A stretch of 38,477 nucleotides of DNA from Acidimicrobiia bacterium (GCA_041577335.1 JBFGJH010000027.1:1-38477); one strand, 5' to 3'; positions 1 through 9,406 are shown, counted from the stretch's first letter. Numbers and translations are program-made. Notes: generated from the sequence alone by a model not told the origin.

Positions 1-144
1 CCCGACTCGGGCAGCCTCGATTTCGTGTTTCGTAGCCAAGCGCATGGGCTGGTGCCCGGCGATCGAGTGGAGCTGCAGCTCACCTCGGCGACCTTCTTCG
101 ACCCCGAGTCGGGCGACCGACTGGTAAAGGCCGCTGTCGGCTAG
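1..144 (+). CDS. C-terminal end of an ABC transporter ATP-binding subunit (MalK/UgpC-type TOBE tail), partial
   Basis: Frame 1 reads PDSGSLDFVFRSQAHGLVPGDRVELQLTSATFFDPESGDRLVKAAVG*; FDPESGDRL resembles the typical (H/L)FDxETGxR end of sugar ABC ATPases. Confidence 0.55.
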   Translation, partial: PDSGSLDFVFRSQAHGLVPGDRVELQLTSATFFDPESGDRLVKAAVG

Positions 145-298
145 GCGCTGGAACCACGGTGAGTTACCGAGGGTGGCGACCAGCAGCCGCGATCTGCGCC
201 AGTCGCCGGAGCGCGCATTCACGAGAGTGGTGAAATCCACAGCTTCCACCGACGATGCTGGAGCGACCGGTTGCTGCCACTGTCTCCCGGGACGGCGC

Positions 299-1273
299 TC
301 AGGGTTGGCGGCCGGCTGCTCGGAGCACACGAAGGGCGCGGATCGTCACCCAGGGGTTCATGCGGGTCTTCCCACCGGGCCCCCATTGGGCGAATGTGCA
401 ATTGCTGCAGATCTCGATTGCAGTGCGGGCCCGTTTCACCTCCATGGGGAATCCACCGTCCGCGGTGCGCTTGGTAAGGAGCAGGTCCAGGGCGCGATCG
501 CAGCGCGGGTCGTCGAGGCAGCCCACGTCGGCCATGAGCTCGAGGACAAGAAGAACGTCGAAGAAACGGATCGGGAAGCCAATCTTGTCCGGTCGGGGAC
601 CCCAAGTGGGCACGATTGGGGCGCCGGCTCGGTGAAAGAGCAGGTGGTGTTCCAACAGAAGCGCGACACCGCGTTCGAGTGTTTGTGCGGCGGTTTTGTC
701 GCCGTTCGACTGCACCCACGCCGCCAGCCCCCGCAATCCCAACACCGTCTCAACGAAGGATGACTGGCGCGCTTGCGGCCGCACGTCACAGTTCCAACCC
801 CCATCCGGCCACTGCATTCTCCCGAGACGATCCGCAAGCGCCTGCAGCCGCTCGTCCATCAGGCCCAGCTCCAGGCTGGCCCAGAGCACGTTGCCCTCCA
901 TCGACGCGCAACGCCGCACCCGCGCGGGCTGTCCCTCGATATGCCGGGTCCAGTTCGGCTTCAGAAACGCCGGCGACAGGATCCACGCGAACACGAGCTC
1001 CTGGATCTGTTCGAGGCGTGGGTCTCCACCGGGATGACCCCGTTCGGCTAGCTGCACCAGGGCCCAGTGAGCGCCTTGCCACTTGCGGTAGGCGTGGCGT
1101 GGATCCACAAAACTGCCTTCGATCACCGCGCTGCAGTCTGGACTCGTGCGGACCTCGTCGGCCCGGGCTCGCATCTCGTCCGTGTCCGGGTCAGCCCCTT
1201 CCAACACGAGCCGCGCCTGGTAGCGCACCTCCGCATCGTCCCACGTGCGAAGCCGGTCGACGACTGTCTCCAT
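299..1273 (-). CDS. Uncharacterised protein with terpenoid-cyclase/prenyltransferase-like alpha/alpha barrel (QW-like repeats)
   Basis: Motifs QWPDGGWNC and KRTADGGFP; start METVVDRL is preceded by TATGCT-N6-ATG (leaderless-type -10). Confidence 0.6.
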   Translation of the reverse strand: METVVDRLRTWDDAEVRYQARLVLEGADPDTDEMRARADEVRTSPDCSAVIEGSFVDPRHAYRKWQGAHWALVQLAERGHPGGDPRLEQIQELVFAWILSPAFLKPNWTRHIEGQPARVRRCASMEGNVLWASLELGLMDERLQALADRLGRMQWPDGGWNCDVRPQARQSSFVETVLGLRGLAAWVQSNGDKTAAQTLERGVALLLEHHLLFHRAGAPIVPTWGPRPDKIGFPIRFFDVLLVLELMADVGCLDDPRCDRALDLLLTKRTADGGFPMEVKRARTAIEICSNCTFAQWGPGGKTRMNPWVTIRALRVLRAAGRQP

Positions 1274-1520
1274 ATGCCGAGCATAGAGCGGCTTCGTGGC
1301 CCGGGATGGCGCCGGCAACCGACCGATACGCTGCTGAGGTTCAGCCGAATCGCACGTCGAGGGTGCCGATTTGGGAAACCCGCGAAACGTCTGGTGAAGC
1401 GCCAGATCTGGGAGTGCAGTGGCGATGCCTGCCCTGGCCGCCGCTATCTCTAGGCTTGTAGGCATGGCACGCCCACCCTTCAAACATCGGCCGGGGCAGG
1501 CTGCCCGGTACCGACGGGTC

Positions 1521-2204
1521 ATGGAACCCCAAGCACTCGAGTTCCTCCGTCACGCCTTCCACCAGATGAATCGAGGGATGGTGCTGCTGTGGCGACTTGG
1601 CCTGGGACGCATGGCAGGCGTCTGGCCGAAGGGCTTCGGGAGGCTGCTGGTCATCGAGCACATCGGGCGGCGCAGCGGAACCCGCTACCTCACGCCGATC
1701 AACTACACCACCGTCGGTGGCCACCTCTACTGCGTCGCGGCATTCGGGGAACGCACGGACTGGTACCGCAACCTGCTCGCCGCCCCGAACACTGCAGTGT
1801 GGCTTCCCAATGGCCGGTGGGAGGCCAGCGTGGCGGACGTCTCGGACGATCCGCGACGACTTGATCTCATGCGAAGCGTGCTCATCGATTCCGGATTCGC
1901 GGCTCACCTGTTCGGCCTACACCCACATCACATCAACGACGACGACCTGGCTGAGGCAACCGCCACCTACCGCCTGCTGCGAATCCGGCCGCTACGACGA
2001 CAGCCCGCACCGAACGGCCCGGGCGACCTCACGTGGATCTGGTTTCCGGTATTGGGCACCGCGGTCGCAGCCGGGGTGCTGCGCCGTCGCTCGAAGCCTT
2101 ACCAAGCGGACCGAGCTGCTCAAGAGACCGTCGAGAGGCCGGCCCGCATGAAGGCTCACCCCAGTCAACCCATCCACGGCGGAGACGTGCTGGCCGGGCA
2201 CTAG
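1521..2204 (+). CDS. Deazaflavin (F420)-dependent nitroreductase family protein (DDN-like)
   Basis: LVIEHIGRRSGTRYLTP and DWYRNLLAAP motifs; alternative start at 1464. Confidence 0.85.
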   Translation: MEPQALEFLRHAFHQMNRGMVLLWRLGLGRMAGVWPKGFGRLLVIEHIGRRSGTRYLTPINYTTVGGHLYCVAAFGERTDWYRNLLAAPNTAVWLPNGRWEASVADVSDDPRRLDLMRSVLIDSGFAAHLFGLHPHHINDDDLAEATATYRLLRIRPLRRQPAPNGPGDLTWIWFPVLGTAVAAGVLRRRSKPYQADRAAQETVERPARMKAHPSQPIHGGDVLAGH

Positions 2205-2298
2205 AGCTGCTGCGTCACGAGTACGGACATTTGATCCACCTTCGCTGGCTCACCGCACTGACTTCGAGCCGCAGGCGGGCACGGAAACGAAGGCGGGA

Positions 2299-2622
2299 TC
2301 AACCTGAAGGAAGCATGGTGAGGAGCATGACGCTCGGCTCTAGCGCCCGCACCGAGTGGGGAAGGCTCGCGGGCATCCAAATCCAGCTACCTGGTGTAGC
2401 GGTTACCTCTTCGCTTCCCAGCGTCAAGTGCAGGCGACCCCGAACGACCTGCACCACAGCCGGCACCGACGCAGTGTGCTCGGTTAGCTCTTGATCGACG
2501 TCGAATGCGAACACGACAAGCCGGAGCCGTTCATCCTTGTACAGCACCCGGCTGAGGGTCCCGTTCGGCGGAATCTCCACCTCGGCGGCAATGTCAGTGA
2601 AGATTGAGGCTTTGTCGCTCAT
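2299..2622 (-). CDS. Cupin domain protein
   Basis: FAFDVDQELTEHTA...G.WIWMPASLPHSVRALE cupin motifs; GGTGAG Shine-Dalgarno-like site upstream. Confidence 0.85.
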   Translation of the reverse strand: MSDKASIFTDIAAEVEIPPNGTLSRVLYKDERLRLVVFAFDVDQELTEHTASVPAVVQVVRGRLHLTLGSEEVTATPGSWIWMPASLPHSVRALEPSVMLLTMLPSG

Positions 2623-2935
2623 GAACTCACCCTACGGCACCGGGCCACGGGAACGTGCCAGATGACGGCTTGGTTACGGTGGGTCAAGCCAATGGCGGGT
2701 ACAGAGAGGTCGGACAGGGCGCGTCGCCGTTAAGGGGCCGTGCCCTCGCGCAAGCTGGGCACAGTGTGACATCCTGGTTGACATCGGAGGCCTGTTCCGA
2801 TCCGCCCGAAAGAACGTCCACACCCTCACTGGCCAGGGCCGGAGCCACCCCACGCACGCAGCAGTGAGTGCCGTTATCGTGCGGCCAGCGATTCTTCTCG
2901 GCGCGAGTGAGTTGTGACCCTCAGAAGGAGCAAAC

Positions 2936-3319
2936 ATGGCCATCGAGGACCAGATCGTCAATGTCAACGAGTATCACCTTGCCGCGAGCGCTGACGAGTT
3001 TGTGGCTGCGATCGCAGCTCTCGCACAGAGGACTGAAACCGAGGGCGAGTCAGGGGTCTTGCGTTATCAGTTCTATGTCAACAGCGAAGAGGGATCCGCT
3101 TTGGCAATCATCGTCTACCGGGATGCGGACGCATGGCTCGAACACCACCGACTCGCGTACACGTGGCCCGAGATGGCCAGGCTGCAGGCGACGGTCAAAC
3201 TCGACCGACTGACATTCCTCGGCCCGCTCAACGACGAGATCGAAGCCATGGCCTCCGGCATCGACGTGCCGATCGTGCGCTGCGACACCTTGGCGGCAGG
3301 CTTCGCTCGCACCCCATGA
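2936..3319 (+). CDS. Dimeric alpha/beta barrel (ABM-like) protein
   Basis: EGESGVLRYQFY...IVYRDADAWLEHH pattern; AAGGAG RBS. Confidence 0.65.
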   Translation: MAIEDQIVNVNEYHLAASADEFVAAIAALAQRTETEGESGVLRYQFYVNSEEGSALAIIVYRDADAWLEHHRLAYTWPEMARLQATVKLDRLTFLGPLNDEIEAMASGIDVPIVRCDTLAAGFARTP

Positions 3320-3632
3320 GCGTGAACCAGCTGACCGCTTCATGAAGAGGGAAGCCGCCCGACTTTCGACTTTCGATCGTGGGCTCGATCTTGGTGATCG
3401 TGACCATGCCAATCCTCTTCGCAGACTCCAACTCGCCGAAGTGCTGCAATAACCCCTTGAAGCCGCAGCCAATCCCGGATGGTCTGCGGTGCGGCTCGAT
3501 ATCACGCATATTCAACGATCGACGTCGTTCGGGGCCGCGAAACAAAGCGACACCACGGTCCGTGGTCTTGATATAGAGTTCCTACTATTCGACACCACAT
3601 TCCGTGGTGTCCATGAGGTGGGGAGGTACCTC

Positions 3633-4049
3633 ATGAGAAGACTTCCGTTGGTTCTTGCCTTGGTGGCCGTATTGGCGGTGGCGGCAGCGCTGCCGGCTGG
3701 GGCAGACCCGAAGGCGGAGACGTTTGAACTGACTTGTGTAGGCGTTCCGAGTGGGACCATCACCGCCAACGGCGGCAACGGACTTTGGACACCAGGTTTC
3801 GCTTCCGCCAGTACCGGTGTGTACATCCCGTATGGGTTTGAATTCAACGCCACGTTCATACCCGATGAGGGAGAACCGGTGGTTTTGCCACAGGATGTGT
3901 TCACGAAGAAGGCACCTAAGAACACCAAGTCCCACCTGCATGGTGTTTGCACATTCGGTGGCGAGGAGGAAGTAGTAGATGACCCCGATTTCGGTACGGG
4001 TGTCTTCGAGTTCACGGCTACGGTCTGGGTGTTCTGGACCGGCAAATAG
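3633..4049 (+). CDS. Secreted hypothetical protein
   Basis: GGAGGT RBS; Sec signal peptide MRRLPLVLALVAVLAVAAALPAGA; two Cys in the mature part. Confidence 0.7.
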   Translation: MRRLPLVLALVAVLAVAAALPAGADPKAETFELTCVGVPSGTITANGGNGLWTPGFASASTGVYIPYGFEFNATFIPDEGEPVVLPQDVFTKKAPKNTKSHLHGVCTFGGEEEVVDDPDFGTGVFEFTATVWVFWTGK

Positions 4050-4099
4050 CTTCACGCCTGCGAGAGTCCGGATTGGCTCAATCAAGCTGAGTAAGAAGC

Positions 4100-4133
4100 T
4101 GATGGGACCCCTGCTCCGGCGGGGGTCCCATCA
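4100..4133. terminator. Strong hairpin, probable terminator of the upstream gene
   Basis: TGATGGGACCCC / GGGGTCCCATCA 12-bp perfect inverted repeat; no U tract. Confidence 0.6.
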
Positions 4134-4351
4134 CATGCCAGGGTTCATGACCCAATCCAGCCGCTAGCGGCGGGAGAAGCGACCTGACTCTTCTCCGCAA
4201 ACTCTGGTGCCACCCTTCGGCTGGCACGCACCTTCTCAATCGACTCCGACCTCACCGAGTTCGCCACACAGATCCCTCGGACGTCTCACCGAGTTGGTCG
4301 AGGCCGACTTGCAGGTGATCGATGCTGAGCCGCCCGTGGCATACTCGACAG

Positions 4352-5320
4352 GTGGCCGATGCGAAGAAGTGCTTCGCTGCTCTTGTGCTGTGCCTGGCTG
4401 CTCTCGTGGCCGCTTGCGGAGGCGACGCAAACGGCGATCCCATCGAACGGCTCGAGGAGATGGGGACGCTCAGATACCTCATCGCCGCTCCGTCGAATGG
4501 TGAGTGTGAAGTGCTGGCGAGCCAGGACGACGAGACGCTCCTGCCTCTGGCCTCGGTGTTCAAGCTCTACGTCTTGGGTGCGCTCGTCGAGGCAGTCAAC
4601 GCCGGCGCAATCACGTGGGATGATCCGGTCACGATCCAAGACGAGCTCGTCTCGTTGGGCGGACCCACGGCCGAGGAAGAGCCCGGGACAACACTGTCGG
4701 TTCGCGAACTGGCGACCGAGATGATCCGGGTCTCGCACAACACCGCTACCGACCACCTGATGGACCTCGTCGGTCGGGATGCCGTGGAGCAGATTCAGCT
4801 CGAAATGGGGCACTCGGAGCCAACGGCGAACGTGCCGTTGCCAACCACGCGAGAGCTCACGATCCTGAAGTACTCGGGCGATGCGGCACTTGCAGAGAGC
4901 TACATCGCGGCCGGCGCTGCTGAGCGGCGGGCCATCCTCGACGACGAGGTTGCGAGCCGTCCGTTTCCGGCGAGCGAACAGATCGGGGGAGTATTCCGAT
5001 ACCAGGACTCGGTGGGGTGGTTTGGAACGGCCGGCGATGCTTGTCGAGCCCTTGAGTGGTTGATGCGAGATGACGAGGCGCGGGCCATCCTCACCAACCG
5101 TCCTCTATCGCCGAACCCCGACCTTTGGCCGGTTCTGGGCTTCAAGGGGGGATCTGACGACGGTGTCGCGGCGGCTGCCTGGTGGATGCAGACCGGCGAC
5201 GGGCAGGCCTACGTGGCAGTCGTCAGCCTCGTGAACGAGACCGATTTGCTCGATCTCGACAAGGTCATCGAGCTTATGACGATGCTACGCGACGAGACGG
5301 CGACCCTCGGCGCTGAGTGA
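4352..5320 (+). CDS. Lipoprotein serine hydrolase, class A beta-lactamase-like fold (Cpe/LpqF-like)
   Basis: Lipobox VAAC; SxxK (ASVFK), SxN (SHN), KGG; GTG start 6 nt after CATACT. Confidence 0.8.
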   Translation: MADAKKCFAALVLCLAALVAACGGDANGDPIERLEEMGTLRYLIAAPSNGECEVLASQDDETLLPLASVFKLYVLGALVEAVNAGAITWDDPVTIQDELVSLGGPTAEEEPGTTLSVRELATEMIRVSHNTATDHLMDLVGRDAVEQIQLEMGHSEPTANVPLPTTRELTILKYSGDAALAESYIAAGAAERRAILDDEVASRPFPASEQIGGVFRYQDSVGWFGTAGDACRALEWLMRDDEARAILTNRPLSPNPDLWPVLGFKGGSDDGVAAAAWWMQTGDGQAYVAVVSLVNETDLLDLDKVIELMTMLRDETATLGAE

Positions 5321-5492
5321 CCCTCAACGCGTCGCAGACCGTCGGTTCCGGGACGCTCCTTGCAGCGCCAGCGTTGCCGACGGGCCCCCACCAGAGAGGG
5401 GCAGCGCGGTGGATGCTGCCGAGTTCATGAACACCGAGTCACCCGAAGGGATTGTGTAGTGTCTAGGCTCGGCCATCCATCAGAGGACCCCC

Positions 5493-5891
5493 ATGCGTTT
5501 CGTTGCCCTTCTCGTCGCGAGTGCTTTGGCCATTACGGCTTGCGGGGGCTCGGGAGGTAGTGCTGATCCCGAGCGATTCTGCGAGATCCTCGACGAACTC
5601 GATGCACAAGACACCGGAGGTCTCCCCGCCGCTGAGGCACTCGCGATCATTCGCGACGGAAGGGACAAGTACGAAGAGGGTGTCGAGGTGGCACCGGAAG
5701 AGATCAAGGCCGATGCTGAAACATTTGCGAATGGCGTGCTCCAGATCACAGATCTGCTCATCGCAGCCGGGGGCGACGAGTCACAGGTAGACGCTGCCGC
5801 CCTGGAATCCGTCTCCGAAGAGGTCTTCACCGAAGAGTTCGACGCTGCAGCCGGTCGGGTGACCGCGTGGCGAAACAGTAACTGTTCGTGA
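5493..5891 (+). CDS. Hypothetical acidic lipoprotein
   Basis: GAGGA RBS, lipobox ITAC, FC...C cysteine pair. Confidence 0.75.
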   Translation: MRFVALLVASALAITACGGSGGSADPERFCEILDELDAQDTGGLPAAEALAIIRDGRDKYEEGVEVAPEEIKADAETFANGVLQITDLLIAAGGDESQVDAAALESVSEEVFTEEFDAAAGRVTAWRNSNCS

Positions 5892-6380
5892 GCCTCGTGC
5901 CTCCCACATAGATACAAGAGCTCCGGGAGGCCGGGCTCGAAGTGAGGCAACTATGGCCAAGAACCCAGTTTCGGGCCTTGTCGACCCCCGCCGATAACCG
6001 GCTTGTTGTGGCAATGGGCGCAACCGCGCTCGTGTCGCCGAAACGAGAGGCAGGCGCTCTATGAGGTGCTGCTCTCAAGCGGTATCTCTATCGGAGCGTA
6101 ATCGCACGTAGCGAGCGATCTGTTGCGTTGCCGATCGAGCAGTTCAGTCGTGAATCTCCACCATGCCGGCGTTGCCCTCGACCGTGATTCGTTGGCATCG
6201 CGCACTCGCGACGTGGCATCGGCGAGCGCGACCACCGCCGCGTACAGATCACTCACTGCCCGGAGTGATCTCGCGCACTCCGTGTCGAGCAGAACCGGCG
6301 TTCGGGCGCACTCATGAGGCTCTTCTGAGCCGTCGAGGTCTTGAACAATTTCGCCGGTCAGCACGGTGAGCCGCCGTTTC

Positions 6381-6402
6381 TGTCACACCCGGCTGACATG
6401 AT
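6381..6402 (+). promoter_or_regulatory. Putative PafBC/RecA-NDp-like DNA-damage promoter, leaderless
   Basis: TGTCAC-N10-CATGAT, 7 nt before ATG 6410; same spacing as the mycobacterial TGTCGG-N10-TANNNT motif, with 3 mismatches. Confidence 0.4.
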
Positions 6403-6409
6403 GTGAGCA

Positions 6410-7636
6410 ATGAGAGATTCGTTGCTTGGCGCGACGAAGAAGACAACTGAATTGGCCATCGGAAAAGGCACTGACAACGAGACCGTACGGGCTTTGGGCT
6501 TGGCGGGTCAGGGCCCAAAGAAGGGGGCGGCTGAGGGGCCAGCCTCTGGCGAGTCGGTCGGGGGCGAGTATTTGGTCCTCCGGGCGGAGATCGACCGACT
6601 CGAAGCTGTGGCGGCAGGCTTGTTGGCCCGCTGCGATTCCGAGCGGCCGTGGCAGGTCGATGGGTATTCGTCGACGACGGCGTGGCTGACTCACCGGGCC
6701 CGCATGCGAAGGGGTCGAGCTCGACGGCTGGTGATCGAAGCCCGGGCGTTGGCGGAGATGCCGTTCACGGCTGAGGCGTTATCGACCGGCGACCTGTCGG
6801 TGGATCAGACAGCTGAGTTGATCCGAGCCCGCAGCGCTCAACCCAACGAGTTCCCTGCCTACGAGCACACGCTGGTCGACTCGGCCCGCGACCTGGATTG
6901 GGTGGCTGATCTGAGAACGGTGTGTGACTATTGGCAGCAAGCCGTCGCCGAATCCCCACCCGTCGACGCTGAGTCCCAACGGGACGCCAGATACCTGCAC
7001 GTCTCCCAAACGTTTGAGGGCATGGTCAAACTCGACGGCCTCTTCGACCCCGATACCGGGGCCGAGCTTCTGGAGAAGCTGGAATCGGCGGTGCCGCCCC
7101 CCGATGGCCACCGGACAGCAGGCCAGCGACGTGCCGACACCCTCGTCGATCTGGTGTTGGGCTACTCGACCGCCCCAACCACGACGGTGCTGGTTCACCT
7201 CGACGACACACAGCATGTCCCGGATTTCGACTTCGCCACCACCAACCGAGGCCGTGTTCTCCCGCAGTCTTCGATCGACCGGCTCCTCTGCGACAGCCAG
7301 ATAGAACGAGTCGTCCACGCAGCCGACGGCCGCATCCTCGACCACGGCAGAACCATGCGGGTCATCTCGCCAGCGTTGAAACGAGCCTTGATCGCAAGAG
7401 ACCGGCATTGCCGGTTCCCGGGATGCCGGAGACCACCTTGGTGGACCGAAGGGCATCACATCGAGCACTGGTCAGAGGGCGGGCGCACCTCCATGGACAA
7501 CCTCATCCTTCTTTGCAGGCACCATCATCGCCTGATCCACGAACACGGCTTCACCCTCGAAGGCCCCGGACACGATCCAACCTTCAGAACACCCGACCGA
7601 ACAATTCTCGAATGGCACCCACCCCCTCCCAACTGA
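6410..7636 (+). CDS. DUF222 + HNH endonuclease protein (13E12 repeat family)
   Basis: QRRADTLVDL, RLLCDS, ARDRHCRFPGC, HHIEHWSEGGRTSMDNLILLCRHHH. Confidence 0.92.
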   Translation: MRDSLLGATKKTTELAIGKGTDNETVRALGLAGQGPKKGAAEGPASGESVGGEYLVLRAEIDRLEAVAAGLLARCDSERPWQVDGYSSTTAWLTHRARMRRGRARRLVIEARALAEMPFTAEALSTGDLSVDQTAELIRARSAQPNEFPAYEHTLVDSARDLDWVADLRTVCDYWQQAVAESPPVDAESQRDARYLHVSQTFEGMVKLDGLFDPDTGAELLEKLESAVPPPDGHRTAGQRRADTLVDLVLGYSTAPTTTVLVHLDDTQHVPDFDFATTNRGRVLPQSSIDRLLCDSQIERVVHAADGRILDHGRTMRVISPALKRALIARDRHCRFPGCRRPPWWTEGHHIEHWSEGGRTSMDNLILLCRHHHRLIHEHGFTLEGPGHDPTFRTPDRTILEWHPPPPN

Positions 7637-7642
7637 TCGGGC

Positions 7643-7674
7643 GCCCGCTCCAACCAAACAACTCCCGAGCGGGC
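7643..7674 (+). terminator. Hairpin downstream of the DUF222 gene
   Basis: GCCCGCTC / GAGCGGGC 8-bp stem with a 16-nt A/C-rich loop. Confidence 0.4.
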
Positions 7675-7710
7675 AGGAAACACCCAACGAAGCCAGTTAC
7701 CCTCAGACTT

Positions 7711-8169
7711 GTGACGTATCACCTCGCCCAACTCAACATCGGTCGACTCAAACACCCGCCGGAGGATCCAAGAGTGGCTGGATTCTTCGACGAGCTCGAC
7801 CGGATCAACGCACTTGCCGAAGCGTCGCCCGGGTTCGTGTGGCGCCTGCAAAGTGAGTCCGGCAATGCCACCGACATCGACGTATTCGGCGACCCCCTCG
7901 AAATCGTCAACCTCTCGGTCTGGGAGAGCGTCGAGCAGCTCAAAGCCTTCACCTACCGCACCGATCACCTCCACCTCTTCCGGCAGCGCCACGATTGGTT
8001 CGAGCCAAAGACCGAAGCGCACCTCGTCATGTGGTGGATCGAGGCGGGCCATATCCCTGACCCGGATGAAGCGGTCGAACGGCTCGACCATCTCCGCGAG
8101 CACGGGCCAACCGACAAGGCGTTCACCTTCAATAGCGTCCAGCCAGAGCCGGCCGACGCACCGCAGTGA
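7711..8169 (+). CDS. DUF3291 domain protein
   Basis: YHLAQLNIGR, RINALAEASPGFVWRLQ, NLSVWES, VMWWI; TACCCT-N7-GTG start. Confidence 0.9.
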   Translation: MTYHLAQLNIGRLKHPPEDPRVAGFFDELDRINALAEASPGFVWRLQSESGNATDIDVFGDPLEIVNLSVWESVEQLKAFTYRTDHLHLFRQRHDWFEPKTEAHLVMWWIEAGHIPDPDEAVERLDHLREHGPTDKAFTFNSVQPEPADAPQ

Positions 8170-8729
8170 ACCTGGTGGACGCGGCCAAGCAGGCACTCGC
8201 CGAAGGGGATGTGATCGGCCTGCCCACCGACACCGTCTACGGCCTCGCCGCCGATCCCAAGATCCGTGCCGGCATGAACCTCCTGTTTGAGCTGAAGGGC
8301 AGGCCCGCCGGCAAGCCCATCGGCCTGCTGGTGGCGTCGATCGAACAGGCGAGGGAGATCGTGAAGCTCGATGGTGAAGCGGCCGACCTGGCAGAGCAAC
8401 ACTGGCCGGGACCACTGACCCTGGTTGCGTCTCCGGTGGTGGTGCTCCCCGTGTGGGTGGGTCACGGGCGGAGCCGTTCGGTTGGTATTCGGGTGCCCGA
8501 CCATCCTGCCGCTCTCGAAGTGTTGCGAACTACCGGGCCATTGGCGGTGACCAGCGCCAACCGGTCCGGCGGAGCAGAGACGTACTCCGATATCGAGGCA
8601 GAAAGGGTATTCGGTGACGAGGTCGCCGTCTGGGTTCCCGGCGAATGTCCTGGCGGGCAGGCATCCACCGTCGTCGACGTCACCGGACGGCGTCCCACGC
8701 TCCTGCGCTCGGGTCCCATCGCGCTTTGA
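8166..8729 (+). CDS. tsaC: L-threonylcarbamoyladenylate synthase (YrdC/TsaC)
   Basis: PTDTVYGL, KGRP, WPGPLT, GIRVPDH, TSANRSG, STVVD. Confidence 0.93.
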   Translation: MNLVDAAKQALAEGDVIGLPTDTVYGLAADPKIRAGMNLLFELKGRPAGKPIGLLVASIEQAREIVKLDGEAADLAEQHWPGPLTLVASPVVVLPVWVGHGRSRSVGIRVPDHPAALEVLRTTGPLAVTSANRSGGAETYSDIEAERVFGDEVAVWVPGECPGGQASTVVDVTGRRPTLLRSGPIAL

Positions 8730-8768
8730 CGACGGCGGGCTGACTGATCACGTGACTACGCTGCGACG

Positions 8769-8978
8769 ATGCGATTTCTCGGCTATGTGATCACGGCGGG
8801 AGGCGCCTACTTTGCGTTGGCAGGCCTGTTCGATTGGGATTTCTTCATGAACCGGCCGGAGAACCAACGAGTGATTGCCCAGTTTCCTTCCGGCCGTTCG
8901 ACCGCCCGGTGGCTCTACGTCATCACGGGAGTCGTCACTGTGCTCATCGGCCTGCTCTTGATCGTTTTTGGATCCTGA
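8769..8978 (+). CDS. Small two-helix membrane protein, Imm17-like
   Basis: DWDFFMN...GRSTARWLYVITG pattern between two hydrophobic helices; TACGCT-N6-ATG. Confidence 0.6.
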   Translation: MRFLGYVITAGGAYFALAGLFDWDFFMNRPENQRVIAQFPSGRSTARWLYVITGVVTVLIGLLLIVFGS

Positions 8979-8989
8979 GCACCGATCAC

Positions 8990-9406
8990 ATGTCCGTTCT
9001 CAACGAAACGGCCCGACAGCTCATCGAATCCGGCGCGCCCGCACACTTCGTCACTGTCGGCAAGGACGGCAGCCCGCAGATGTCGATGGTGTGGGTAGGC
9101 CTCGACGGAGACGAAATCGTGGTGGGCCACTTGGAGATGCATCAGAAGGTCCGCAATATTCGACGCAACGCTCGCGTATGTCTGTCGATCGCCACCGGTC
9201 GACTCAACGCCATCGGAATGGAAGAGCACCTGATCGTGTACGGCAGGGCCCGGGTCACCGAAGGCGGAGCTCCCGAGCTCCTCCAGCGTCTGGCGCACAT
9301 TTACGTGGGCCCGAATGTCGTGTTTCCCCCGATCGAAGACCCACCACCTGGCTACATCACCCGTGTCACTCCCGAACGGGTCAGCGGCGTGGGGGACTGG
9401 CGCTAG
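8990..9406 (+). CDS. PPOX-class F420-dependent oxidoreductase
   Basis: TVGKDGSPQMSMVW, KVRNIRRNARVCLS, RVTPERV. Confidence 0.88.
   Translation: MSVLNETARQLIESGAPAHFVTVGKDGSPQMSMVWVGLDGDEIVVGHLEMHQKVRNIRRNARVCLSIATGRLNAIGMEEHLIVYGRARVTEGGAPELLQRLAHIYVGPNVVFPPIEDPPPGYITRVTPERVSGVGDWR

Noticed and set aside
145..298. Possible structured RNA between convergent genes
   Set aside because: Only weak, short complementarity, expected by chance at this GC content
5892..6380. ORF 6059-6364 (-) and a 14-codon ORF MAKNPVSGLVDPRR
   Set aside because: No recognisable family or convincing start signals; possibly decayed DNA
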